DNA of 64,000 nucleotides from Ignisphaera aggregans (GTDB taxonomy: Archaea; Thermoproteota; Thermoprotei_A; Sulfolobales; Ignisphaeraceae): assembly GCA_015662595.1 (NCBI GenBank), contig DQTV01000045.1, forward strand, positions 2,870 to 66,869, read 5' to 3'. The notes below the pieces were generated by a model. It saw only the letters and a program-made list of their open reading frames with translations. It searched no databases and was not told the DNA's origin. The position numbers were made by a program, and so were the translations under genes. Below, in pieces: positions 27,147 to 36,437 of this stretch (positions are counted from its first letter, which is position 1; every line of letters starts with the position of its first letter).

Positions 27147-30062
27147 ATGAGCTGCGGCACGTCTACCACGTTGACAAGACAAGCACTTGAGATGTATACG
27201 CTGCTTGGTTTTAAAGAATTAACAGAGATCCAAAGAAATGCTCTTAGACCCTTACTAGAGTCAGAATTGGACGTCTTACTCATCGCTCCTACGGGGAGCG
27301 GAAAAACCGAAGCCGCTTTAATTCCATTGATTGTTCGTATAATCATGAATCGGCAAGTAAAAGGTGTGAAATTGCTTTACATAACTCCTCTTAGAGCACT
27401 GAATAGAGATATCCTCGAGCGTATTACTAAGATAGCCGCTAGGGTTGGTCTGAGTGTGGACGTATGGCATGGAGATACACCGCATGAGCGTAGAAAAAGG
27501 ATCCGTGAACATCCTCCTGACATACTGATAACTACGCCAGAGAGCCTTCAATACCTGTTGATAAATGAAAGAATTGTGGAACACTTTAGGACACTATATG
27601 CGATAATAATCGATGAAGTGCAAGAGTTGGTTGAGAATGAGCGAGGTGCTGAACTTGTATGTGCTTTAGAAAGACTTGACTATAGATTGGGGAGGCATGT
27701 AAGGAGAATTGCCCTTTCGGCTGCTGTGGGAGATGAGAACACTATAGCTCAATACATATTTTCAAAACGTCCATATATAGTCGTGAGGAGCTATGTACAG
27801 AAGCAATACGATATCAAAGTCATTAGTTACGATATCTCTCATACCATTACCAAGCCATCGGAATTTCTACTAGCTATACCAATAGTAGTGTCGGTACTTA
27901 AAGATATTCTGGAAAACCATCGACAGGCATTGTTGTTCGTCAACACGCGTATCACTGCTGAGGCATTAGCGTACTACCTATCGAAGGCACTACAAAGCGG
28001 CACAATACAAGGAATCAACATAGCAGTACATCACGCTTCGCTATCACGTGCAGTTAGAGAAGAGGTAGAAAGATCTCTTCGTCAAAGAATACTAAACTTA
28101 GTAATTGCGACCTCAAGCTTAGAAATGGGGATAGATATAGGCAGCATTGATATAGTGTTACACCTTTACTCTCCACGGCAAGCTAAACGCCTTGCACAGC
28201 GTGTTGGACGTGCAGGCCATCGATGGAATACTATATCTAAGGGCATAATCATAACTCCACCCCTAGTTACAGAGATATTCGAATCTTTAACATTAGCTCG
28301 AAGAACCGTGGAGAGAGATTATGAGCCATTAACTGAGAAGATCGCTCCTCTTGATGTGCTAGCACACCAGATTGTGGGAATAGCGCTTGAGTATGGTAAA
28401 GTGGGTATCGACACCCTTCTCAATATCTTAAGACGTGCACCACCGTTTAGCGAACTATCTGTACATGAACTAGAGGAGGTCATAGAGTTCCTATGTTCTT
28501 TAAACCTAATAAAGCGATACAATGAATATATTGAAGCGACTTCTCGTGGAAAGCTTTATTACTTAACGACAACACCGATAGTCGAGAGTAAGCATTACAT
28601 AGCTAAATCAATTATTGATGGGAGGGTTGTGGGAGTTCTAGATGAAGAGTTCGTAGCCACATGTAATGAGGGTGATATACTTGTACTCGGAGGTAACGTA
28701 TGGAGGTTAGTTTCTCTCGATCTTGACAAAGAGGAGATATTGTTAGAACCTGTAACGAACCCAAGCGAGATTAAGATACCGCACTGGGTTGGTGAAAATA
28801 TTCCCGTTGATTGGCGTGTTGCACGTGAAACGTGCTCATTAATAAGGAGGTTTTGCACCTTAGACGAGGCAAAGGCTGTGCAAGTGCTTAAACGCTACTT
28901 TGCAGATGACAAACTAATTGAGTACTTGCTCAGTATACGGAAAGAAGTATGTAGAGTTTATCCACGGGACAACGAATTTGTTATTGAGATTGTTAAAGGA
29001 AATGCGAATGTTCTCGCAGCTTTCTACCACTGTCAGGGCTCTAAAGTCTCTGAAACTCTTTCCCTACTCCTAACCAGACTCTTTCGTAAGAGTGGGGAGA
29101 AAGTCTATGGTTACAAATCACATCAACTAGCATCGGTTCTGCTATTGGGACAAACATTGGGTATTAATACGATTAGGAAAGTTATTGCAGATCTTGCAAG
29201 GCTTGGTAAAGACGAAATCGTTAAAATTCTAGAAGACGAATTGAAGGAGACACCAATATTTAAGTGGCGCTTGTTAGCTGTAGCCAAGAAGTTGGGTATG
29301 ATATCAAAGGATGCCAGCTTACGTGAACTCAAAAAACATGCAGAGGCGTTACGCAATGTTAACATTGTCGTGAAGGAAGCATTACGGGAACTCATTAGTG
29401 AGCGTCTTGATATCGATACCACTATGAATCTACTCGATAAAATTAAATCGAGACATATTCGAGTTAAGGTATACGTTGCTAATAAACCCTCGAGATACTT
29501 AACCGAAATATTGTCTTTGACGCCATTCATTGAGCTTAGAACCGCGACCTCTGTCATAGATGATATAATTCGCGAATCAATCAAGCGTAGGCTATTAGAG
29601 CGCGAGATTACCCTGTTCTGCTTATCCTGTCTAAATTCATGGAACACAAAACTCTCTTCACTACTGAAGGACACAATTGATGAGCTAAACGCAATCCATA
29701 TATCAAAACATAAGATAAGTTGCCCAATCTGCGGTTCCCAAACTTTAACACTTATTAACAACAGGGATGAGATTCCCGTACTCAGGTCAGCTTTAAACAA
29801 GCTCAAAAAAGGTCTACGTGATCCTTCACAATATACAGATGATGAAAGGCGTATACTGAAGAGGGCTCAGACTATAGCGAATCTTATCATGGACTATGGT
29901 GTATTCGCATTAATAGCGTTACAGGGTAAGGGTGTAGGACCTGAAACTGCAAAGAGAATTCTAGCACGAGCATCCACATTCAACGATTTGATAAAGTTGA
30001 TTTACGAAAGTGAGAAGGAGTTCTTGAGAACGTATCATTACTGGAACCGCACTTCAAAATGA
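27147..30062 (+). CDS. lhr: Lhr-type large SF2 DNA/RNA helicase
   Basis: 971 aa. Q motif and motif I TEIQRNALRPLL...LLIAPTGSGKTEAAL. Motif II IIIDEVQEL...ERGAELVCALERL. SAA(V) motif III, HHASLS, QRVGRAGH motif VI. C-terminal CLSC...CPICG zinc ribbon. GAGGAGG Shine-Dalgarno sequence upstream of the ATG. Confidence 0.85.
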   Translation: MSCGTSTTLTRQALEMYTLLGFKELTEIQRNALRPLLESELDVLLIAPTGSGKTEAALIPLIVRIIMNRQVKGVKLLYITPLRALNRDILERITKIAARVGLSVDVWHGDTPHERRKRIREHPPDILITTPESLQYLLINERIVEHFRTLYAIIIDEVQELVENERGAELVCALERLDYRLGRHVRRIALSAAVGDENTIAQYIFSKRPYIVVRSYVQKQYDIKVISYDISHTITKPSEFLLAIPIVVSVLKDILENHRQALLFVNTRITAEALAYYLSKALQSGTIQGINIAVHHASLSRAVREEVERSLRQRILNLVIATSSLEMGIDIGSIDIVLHLYSPRQAKRLAQRVGRAGHRWNTISKGIIITPPLVTEIFESLTLARRTVERDYEPLTEKIAPLDVLAHQIVGIALEYGKVGIDTLLNILRRAPPFSELSVHELEEVIEFLCSLNLIKRYNEYIEATSRGKLYYLTTTPIVESKHYIAKSIIDGRVVGVLDEEFVATCNEGDILVLGGNVWRLVSLDLDKEEILLEPVTNPSEIKIPHWVGENIPVDWRVARETCSLIRRFCTLDEAKAVQVLKRYFADDKLIEYLLSIRKEVCRVYPRDNEFVIEIVKGNANVLAAFYHCQGSKVSETLSLLLTRLFRKSGEKVYGYKSHQLASVLLLGQTLGINTIRKVIADLARLGKDEIVKILEDELKETPIFKWRLLAVAKKLGMISKDASLRELKKHAEALRNVNIVVKEALRELISERLDIDTTMNLLDKIKSRHIRVKVYVANKPSRYLTEILSLTPFIELRTATSVIDDIIRESIKRRLLEREITLFCLSCLNSWNTKLSSLLKDTIDELNAIHISKHKISCPICGSQTLTLINNRDEIPVLRSALNKLKKGLRDPSQYTDDERRILKRAQTIANLIMDYGVFALIALQGKGVGPETAKRILARASTFNDLIKLIYESEKEFLRTYHYWNRTSK

Positions 30063-30065
30063 CGC

Positions 30066-30072
30066 TATATAA
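30066..30072 (+). promoter_or_regulatory. TATA box for the three-gene membrane operon
   Basis: TATATAA centred 27 nt upstream of the ATG at 30096, consistent with a leaderless transcript. Located 4 nt after the helicase stop. Confidence 0.5.
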
Positions 30073-30095
30073 GGGTGTAAATAGGTCGGGGGTCA

Positions 30096-30368
30096 ATGGA
30101 TATCGTAATGCTAATTAAGGACCTGATCGCAAAAGCTGTGGTAGTAGCTTGGTTCCTATTCCTACTGACATGGATAATAGGTTGGGCAATCAAGGGAGCG
30201 CCAATACCTATTGGCAGAGCTCGGCGGATAGGTCAAGGTATGGTAGAGGATGCTGTATGGGGAGCTTTCTGGATAGCTGTAGGCTCAGCATTATTCTGGC
30301 TAGTAACATATATAGCTAGCTATCTTGGGCAGACATTTCCACAACCACCACAGCCACAATTACCTTAA
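30096..30368 (+). CDS. Small 2-TM hairpin protein, VirB2/CedA1/TedC-like pilin candidate
   Basis: 90 aa. Two hydrophobic helices (AVVVAWFLFLLTWIIGWAI and AVWGAFWIAVGSALFWLVTYIASYL) flank a basic loop KGAPIPIGRARRIGQG. PQPPQPQLP tail. Confidence 0.45.
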   Translation: MDIVMLIKDLIAKAVVVAWFLFLLTWIIGWAIKGAPIPIGRARRIGQGMVEDAVWGAFWIAVGSALFWLVTYIASYLGQTFPQPPQPQLP

Positions 30369-30392
30369 ACGAGGCCTTTAGCTAAGCCTTAG

Positions 30393-31775
30393 GTGTTCAT
30401 TGTGCATTACCTACTAATCGTGGCCTACTACTTATCGATTCTTACATTCTATCTAGGTGCGTTGATGTATTTGCTACCCATCCCGTTAACTGGGCTTAAA
30501 CGATGGGGGCCTAGGCTTATTAGTGATGCTCTTTTTATTTTAGCACTGTCTATATCGATAGGCTCAATCTTCTCCTTCGCAGATTTTCTAAGAACAACTC
30601 TGGGAGGTGATTGGCAACACTTCCTCTCGTTTTTGAAGGGATTAGTAATCCAAAATACATTCACTTTGATAGTGCTGTCTCAAGCGCAATATATACTCTC
30701 AAAGTTTGGTCTATCAAAGGTGCTCGGGATAATAACACAAACAATTTCATACTCTCTCTATGTACTACTCATGTTCTACATCTTAGCATTGATAATAAGG
30801 TCTGCCTATGGGGTCATAGCATCTCTAGGCATAGCTTTGATGGCTATACCCTTCAGAATCGCTAGAAGTGCCGGAGCATTCCTGCTTGCACTTTCAATAG
30901 TCTTCTATATAGCATTGCCCCTCTATCCTGGATTCGTTGACTTGCTATTAACAGGGCATGCATATTCGCATCAGAACAGCATCATAATATACGGACGTAT
31001 TATCAATGAAGACAATACCGTACTGAACTCTGGTTTCCTCACTCTGGAACTAAAAGATTATACTAATGAGAACAAAATTTATTTGGTACCGATCACAAAT
31101 GGGGTTTTCTACATATTTGACTTGCCTAAGAACATTAGCCTGAACTCAAAGATCACAATATTCTATGACGTTACAGGACATCTATTCTATACAAACATAA
31201 CTAATATATCCCTACATCAGCTTTGCAATACATCTACTACCTCACGATATTTTTGGCTATGCGAAATCTCTGTTTTAGTTCGAGGAGTGCTATACTACGA
31301 TGACGGTATAACACTGCACGTAAACCCGTGGCCAGAGAAGAAATATGTGATATATAATCCTCATGACAATACAATCAGAGTTGACGTGAGCTGTGCTGAC
31401 TGTGAACTCTACATATCTTTCGTAAATTCTAGGGTTCCGAGTGCTGTGTGCATAGACAGTCAGTGTAAAGATATTCGCGAATTTATAAGGTATTGTTGGC
31501 AATGGTATGTATTAGATGGGTGTACAGCCATTATCAGTATTAGTGGAAACCATACCGTGTTAGTTAAGCTCAATAGTGCGTCTTCAGAGCCCATACTAAT
31601 ATTGTCGATGATTAGCAAGCTCCGCTCTACCACACACATATCGCCATTGGAATTCATAGCTCGACTAATATATGTTCAGTTAATTAGCGCCATTCTGTAT
31701 CTAGCATTATTATTAAGCATAACCCTTGGTTTAGCTCGGCTACTTGGCGGCACCTCAAGGTTTAGGGTGATATAG
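30393..31775 (+). CDS. Polytopic membrane protein with Cys-rich ectodomain, CedA/VirB6-like candidate
   Basis: 460 aa. About 6 N-terminal TM helices, then roughly 220 aa of beta-type region with 9 Cys and at least 5 N-x-S/T sequons, then a C-terminal TM anchor. Lies 24 nt after the pilin-like ORF. Confidence 0.4.
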   Translation: MFIVHYLLIVAYYLSILTFYLGALMYLLPIPLTGLKRWGPRLISDALFILALSISIGSIFSFADFLRTTLGGDWQHFLSFLKGLVIQNTFTLIVLSQAQYILSKFGLSKVLGIITQTISYSLYVLLMFYILALIIRSAYGVIASLGIALMAIPFRIARSAGAFLLALSIVFYIALPLYPGFVDLLLTGHAYSHQNSIIIYGRIINEDNTVLNSGFLTLELKDYTNENKIYLVPITNGVFYIFDLPKNISLNSKITIFYDVTGHLFYTNITNISLHQLCNTSTTSRYFWLCEISVLVRGVLYYDDGITLHVNPWPEKKYVIYNPHDNTIRVDVSCADCELYISFVNSRVPSAVCIDSQCKDIREFIRYCWQWYVLDGCTAIISISGNHTVLVKLNSASSEPILILSMISKLRSTTHISPLEFIARLIYVQLISAILYLALLLSITLGLARLLGGTSRFRVI

Positions 31776-31776
31776 T

Positions 31777-31953
31777 TTGAATACATTGAAACGAAACACA
31801 ATACTTTTCCTCTCCTTCATAACGATATTACTGCTTATCATAGCATTTAGCAAAGGTATCACGTTAGCCGAGGCGTTAATGTATGCTATAGCTATAGTAT
31901 TAGGCATCCTCCTCATAGTCACGTTACACGATGTAGAAGATCAGAGGTTTTAA
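31777..31953 (+). CDS. Small 2-TM protein (58 aa), CedA2-like candidate
   Basis: Below the ORF-track cut-off. Own translation from TTG 31777: LNTLKRNTILFLSFITILLLIIAFSKGITLAEALMYAIAIVLGILLIVTLHDVEDQRF. Starts 1 nt after the preceding stop. Confidence 0.35.
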   Translation: MNTLKRNTILFLSFITILLLIIAFSKGITLAEALMYAIAIVLGILLIVTLHDVEDQRF

Positions 31954-31982
31954 CCTATTACCTATGGTTAAGGAAGACATTA

Positions 31983-32318
31983 CTATACCTCTATTATTTC
32001 GACTTTGGACCATATGATGCCCTTACTGACATCATCTAAACACTTGTCGATATAGCTTTTCAAATCTCTTAAGTCTATAGCGCTTTCCTGAGGCACGACC
32101 TTAATGTATATGAAGTTAGGGACTACGAGACTACGCTTCACCTCAATGTGACAGTTAATACCTTTCGATGTAAATACGCTATTCAGTTTTGATAGTATCT
32201 CCTCTAACAGCTCCTCATTCCTTAGTATTATGAACAGATTTAGGTATCGTTGCCGTTTTGCGCTGCCGTAGCCCATACTAATGCCTTGCACCTCTCTAAG
32301 CGTTTCGTCGTATTCCAT
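31983..32318 (-). CDS. Hypothetical protein
   Basis: 111 aa ORF, convergent with the membrane operon. No recognisable motif. Confidence 0.45.
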   Translation of the reverse strand: MEYDETLREVQGISMGYGSAKRQRYLNLFIILRNEELLEEILSKLNSVFTSKGINCHIEVKRSLVVPNFIYIKVVPQESAIDLRDLKSYIDKCLDDVSKGIIWSKVEIIEV

Positions 32319-32412
32319 AACCTTTTGTTAGACTACAACCACATGTTTAACGATATGCAACAGCAATTTATAGGTTACTCTATCACTACTTTTTGGAATG
32401 CGAGGATTTATC

Positions 32413-32460
32413 ATGCTGAGGGGTGCAAACGCTGAACACATGATGACCATACCCGTCTGA
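32413..32460 (+). ncRNA. Weak C/D box sRNA candidate
   Basis: AUGCUGA(C, A4 to C mismatch)-12 nt GGGGUGCAAACG-CUGA-4 nt-AUGAUGA-10 nt CCAUACCCGU-CUGA. The C-box defect and the 10-nt spacer lower confidence. Confidence 0.25.
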
Positions 32461-32508
32461 GACAGCTACATAACTACGCTATTATGCCACGTTATATACA
32501 ATAAGTAA

Positions 32509-32560
32509 TCAGTTAGGGGATCCTCACATCACGAAATTCAGCACTCGGCAATTTCATCAT
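32509..32560 (-). ncRNA. C/D box sRNA
   Basis: Minus strand: AUGAUGA(C 32560-54)-12 nt AAUUGCCGAGUG-CUGA(D')-5 nt-GUGAUGU(C')-13 nt GAGGAUCCCCUAA-CUGA(D 32512-09). A TTTATTAA box is centred about 28 nt upstream of the C box. Confidence 0.6.
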
Positions 32561-32586
32561 TGTCGAGAGTCTTATTCTGCATCATG

Positions 32587-32596
32587 ATTAATAAAC
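32587..32596 (-). promoter_or_regulatory. TATA box for the C/D sRNA at 32560
   Basis: Minus-strand GTTTATTAAT. The predicted start is 3-5 nt before the C box. Confidence 0.4.
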
Positions 32597-32794
32597 TCTC
32601 ATAAGTTTCGATATACGAGTTTGGTAGGTAGACATGGGCGGTAGACAAAGAACAAGTCTATTCTTGGGCATAGAAAAGTCCAGTACGTCTACTACAGAGC
32701 AAAAGAGTGAAAAGAAAGAGAAGAAAAAGAAGAAGTAGAACCGTAAAGCCTTACCATGAACCTCTTCAAATGGCCTCCACCAAAAAGGAGCTGC

Positions 32795-33676
32795 ATGCTT
32801 AAAATCCTTGTCCCTATCTCAACTGTTTCAATAAAGCAAAGCCAAGTATTAAGATTAATAACCATATGGGAAATTGCTAGAGCTGCTGCAATTGTTAGAT
32901 GTACACACCTGCTTTTTTATAAGGATCTGGAGGTGAAAGACCGTGAGATTGTAACGCTTATTGAGAAAACCTTGCGCTACCTCCTAACACCACCATACCT
33001 TAGAAAGAAGGTCATACCTTTGGACCCACAACTCCGTCTCGTTGGTATACTCAATCCTCTCGCGCTTCCAATTCATTACAGAAGAGACGATCCAGTCTTG
33101 GGTTCTGTACGATTAGCATTAATTGAGTTGAAGAATGATACTGTTGTGGCCCATATTGGAACCGATAAACCATGTACCATGATCGACGTCAAGGCCTCAG
33201 ATCTTAATCTTGTAAACCCTCTGCAATTTGTTGAAGTAGTATCCCTCAGTCCATTGCTTTGTAAACTGGTACAAGAAGACAATGTAAAGATTTACACGGG
33301 ATTTAAATACCGTTTCTATGACTCGTTGAAAGAGGCTCTATATCAAGAATGTAGAGATAGTGTATTAATTGAGTTCTCTAAGTTTGGAATGGATGCTAAA
33401 AAGGCTTTGCGCTCTCTACGTGCAATAGCAAGTAAGCAGAAAATTAATATTCTGTGTACAGTCTTCGGATCTCCATCAATGGACGCTAGCGAGATCTTAG
33501 CTAAGGAAAATGGTACTGATATCTCCTCTTACGCTAAATCACAGCTTCATGCACACTACCTACGCATAAACGCTGTGCCATATCAGGGAGTTAGATCGAT
33601 CCGTACACACGAAGCGTTATACCTAGCCCTAGCAATACTTAACCTCATACTATTCGATCTCAAAATCTGCTGTTAG
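32795..33676 (+). CDS. SPOUT-superfamily methyltransferase (COG2106/DUF171-like)
   Basis: MLKILVPISTVS...ITIWEIARAAAIVRCTHLLFY pattern. Sits directly upstream of rpl3, the usual archaeal position. The ORF track starts at 32756 and the ATG at 32795 is preferred. Confidence 0.5.
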   Translation: MLKILVPISTVSIKQSQVLRLITIWEIARAAAIVRCTHLLFYKDLEVKDREIVTLIEKTLRYLLTPPYLRKKVIPLDPQLRLVGILNPLALPIHYRRDDPVLGSVRLALIELKNDTVVAHIGTDKPCTMIDVKASDLNLVNPLQFVEVVSLSPLLCKLVQEDNVKIYTGFKYRFYDSLKEALYQECRDSVLIEFSKFGMDAKKALRSLRAIASKQKINILCTVFGSPSMDASEILAKENGTDISSYAKSQLHAHYLRINAVPYQGVRSIRTHEALYLALAILNLILFDLKICC

Positions 33677-33760
33677 TGTTACTGAAAGACCCTTTTGCCT
33701 AACTTTATCTTAGCTTATATACCCGTGGATACTTACATACATTAGCCAAGGAGGCATACC

Positions 33761-34786
33761 ATGGCTCACAGGAAGACGCATGCACCTAGACGAGGAAGTC
33801 TAGGGTTCAGACCGAGGAAACGTGCCAGTAGACTCGTACCCAGAGTACGATCGTGGCCCGAGGTTTCCTTACCTAAGCCTCAATTACTTGGATTCTTAGC
33901 TTACAAAGCCGGTATGACCCACGTATTCATGATCGATGACAGACCCAACACTCCTACATCGGGGAAGGAGGTGTTTACACCGGTAACTATTCTTGAAGCG
34001 CCACCGGTTATACCAATAGCTCTAAGAGCATACCGGCTGGTACCTGGATACGGGTATCTCACGTTAACAGACATATGGATTGAGCCTCCAGAGCATCTAG
34101 AGATATGGCGAAAGGTTCCAACATATAGGGCTACCGAAAACATAGAGTCGAAGATAAAATGGCTTGAGGATAACATCTCTAAGATAGCTAGAATAAGCGT
34201 CATCATCGCTTCACAACCAAAGTTGGTTGGAGGGTTAAGTAAGAAGAAACCCGATTTGGTTGAGATCGCTATCGGCGGCGGTACAATGCAAGAAAGACTT
34301 GAATATGCATGGAAAATCCTAGGAAAGGAGGTTAGTGTTAGAGAGGTGTTCAAAGAAGGACAGTTTGTTGATGTAATTGGGGTTACAAAGGGTAAAGGAT
34401 TCCAAGGAGTTATTAAGAGATTTGGTGTTAAAGAGCTTCCACGATGGCATAAGCATAGAAAGGGGAGTAGGCGTATAGGAAGTAGAAGCCCAACTATAGG
34501 AGCTATGTCTGAAGTTCCACAGCCAGGTCAGATGGGATTCCATAGACGTACAGAATACAACAAGAGAATACTCAAGATAGGTGATAATGGTCTTGAAATA
34601 ACGCCTGCCGGTGGATTCCCACATTATGGCATAGTTAGAAGTACGTGGATCATGTTAAAAGGCACAGTGATGGGACCTCCAAAGAGGCCAATAGTGTTGA
34701 GATGGCCAATCAGGCCTCCTAAGTGGCAACCAAGCGGCCCTCCTGTGATTACTTACATAAGCCTAGAGAGCAAGATTGGTGGGTAG
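33761..34786 (+). CDS. rpl3: 50S ribosomal protein L3 (uL3)
   Basis: [23 protein letters not shown]-terminus. GGAGG Shine-Dalgarno sequence 7 nt upstream. Confidence 0.95.
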   Translation: MAHRKTHAPRRGSLGFRPRKRASRLVPRVRSWPEVSLPKPQLLGFLAYKAGMTHVFMIDDRPNTPTSGKEVFTPVTILEAPPVIPIALRAYRLVPGYGYLTLTDIWIEPPEHLEIWRKVPTYRATENIESKIKWLEDNISKIARISVIIASQPKLVGGLSKKKPDLVEIAIGGGTMQERLEYAWKILGKEVSVREVFKEGQFVDVIGVTKGKGFQGVIKRFGVKELPRWHKHRKGSRRIGSRSPTIGAMSEVPQPGQMGFHRRTEYNKRILKIGDNGLEITPAGGFPHYGIVRSTWIMLKGTVMGPPKRPIVLRWPIRPPKWQPSGPPVITYISLESKIGG

Positions 34787-34787
34787 C

Positions 34788-35606
34788 ATGGTAAAAGCTT
34801 ACATAACTCCACTTCTTCGAGAACCAGGAGAAGTTCCGGTATACAATCTTGATGGATCAATCGTTGATAAGGTTAGGTTGCCAAACGTATTCGGGCTTCC
34901 AGTTAGGATAGATGTGATAAGGCGTGCTGTACACTCAGCCTTGACAGCTCGTATTCAACCAAAAGGCAGAGATCCTCTTGCAGGAAAGAGACGTTGTGGA
35001 GAATCGTGGGGTATAGGTTATGGTCTTGCAAGGGTTCCTCGACTAGATAATGGAAGAGCTGTCTTTGCGCCAAACGTTGTTGGTGGTAGAAGACAGTTTG
35101 CGCCCTCACCTCTAAAGAAAATACATGAAGAGATAAACCGTAAGGAGATGCGCTTAGCGATAATGTCTGCACTTGCCGCTACAGCAATAAGAGACTTCGT
35201 GATTAAACGAGGACATCATGTACCTCCACACATAACGCAGTTACCAGTAGTTGTAGTAGACGACTTTGAAAACATTAAGCGCACGAAGGAGTTACGTCAG
35301 GTATTAGAGAAGATAGGTCTGTGGTCCGACATCTTAAGGGCAGCAGAAAAGACAAGAATTAGAGCAGGTAAGGGCAAAATGCGTGGTAGGAGATATGTAA
35401 CGCCAAAGAGTATATTATTCATAGTGTCGTCGTTAGAAAGCTCCGTTATCAATGCTATAAAGAACTTGCCAGGCTCCGATTACGCAACACCATTCACATT
35501 GAATATCTTAACACTCGCACCTGGAGGACATCCAGGGAGATTAACGGTATTTACACGTAGTGCCTTATCCAAAATAGCAGAGCTATACCCGGTGATTAAG
35601 GCATGA
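34788..35606 (+). CDS. rpl4: 50S ribosomal protein L4 (uL4)
   Basis: The ATG lies 1 nt after the rpl3 stop. VYNLDGS...GESWGIGYGLARVPR motif. Confidence 0.93.
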   Translation: MVKAYITPLLREPGEVPVYNLDGSIVDKVRLPNVFGLPVRIDVIRRAVHSALTARIQPKGRDPLAGKRRCGESWGIGYGLARVPRLDNGRAVFAPNVVGGRRQFAPSPLKKIHEEINRKEMRLAIMSALAATAIRDFVIKRGHHVPPHITQLPVVVVDDFENIKRTKELRQVLEKIGLWSDILRAAEKTRIRAGKGKMRGRRYVTPKSILFIVSSLESSVINAIKNLPGSDYATPFTLNILTLAPGGHPGRLTVFTRSALSKIAELYPVIKA

Positions 35607-35893
35607 GTAAGGAGACGGATCAAGTTAGTGAGCTAGAACGATTGAGCAGGATAATAGTTAGATTCGTGACTACGGAGAAAGCCTATCTATTAGCTGAGAA
35701 ATACAATTATATCACATTGAAGGTAATTAGAAGCGCTAACAAAAGGCAGATAAAGGAAGCTGTTGAAAAGCTGTTCAAGGTGAAGGTAGTTAAAGTGAAC
35801 ACACTGATAGATCGTGATGGGTATAAGAAAGCTTATGTGAAGCTCGCACCTGAGTACAGGGCCATAGAACTTATTGAGAGGGCAGCGAGATAA
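35603..35893 (+). CDS. rpl23: 50S ribosomal protein L23 (uL23)
   Basis: 96 aa, IIVRFVTTEKAYLL...KVKVVKVNTL. Shows a 4-nt overlap with rpl4. Confidence 0.9.
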   Translation: MSKETDQVSELERLSRIIVRFVTTEKAYLLAEKYNYITLKVIRSANKRQIKEAVEKLFKVKVVKVNTLIDRDGYKKAYVKLAPEYRAIELIERAAR

Positions 35894-35913
35894 AACACAA
35901 ATATATTCCGCTT

Positions 35914-36369
35914 TTACTTCAATGCCACGAAGAGGGTACTCCTCGTCGCTTTAAGTCCTGGTTCACCATGTTTAACCATCTTAGTTGTGGGAGCAAATTC
36001 TCCTAAGTAATGACCTATCATTTCCGGTACTATTTTCACAGGAATATACTCTTTGCCATTGTATACGGCAATGGTTAATCCAACCATTATTGGCAATATT
36101 ATCATGTCTCGTACATGTGTCTTTATCACAACCTCTTTACATTCTTCGATAAGCTTTTGACGCGCTTCAAGTATTTTTTCGAGCAGTCTACGTTGCTCTG
36201 GCGTAAATCCCCTCTTTAACGATCTTCTAGCACGAGCTGGCAGTAACTGTACTAACTCATCCATAGGCATTTCTATCAACTCCTCAAGTGTTTTACCTCG
36301 ATACCTAAACTTTTTCCACTCTGGCGGTATGCTCCAACATACCTTACGCTGCGAACTCATGGTATTCAA
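35914..36369 (-). CDS. rps19: 30S ribosomal protein S19 (uS19), inverted relative to neighbours
   Basis: [26 protein letters not shown] motif. Encoded on the opposite strand to rpl23 and rpl2. Confidence 0.9.
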   Translation of the reverse strand: MNTMSSQRKVCWSIPPEWKKFRYRGKTLEELIEMPMDELVQLLPARARRSLKRGFTPEQRRLLEKILEARQKLIEECKEVVIKTHVRDMIILPIMVGLTIAVYNGKEYIPVKIVPEMIGHYLGEFAPTTKMVKHGEPGLKATRSTLFVALK

Positions 36370-36437
36370 CCACCACGTACTTCTTATTTAGATGATTAGC
36401 TTATAATCTTTATTAACCAAATAACATCGGTAAAGCC

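Noticed and set aside
29123-29806. 227-aa minus-strand ORF inside the helicase gene
   Set aside because: It is antisense to a well-supported helicase frame, with a Ser/Leu/Ile-rich low-complexity translation.
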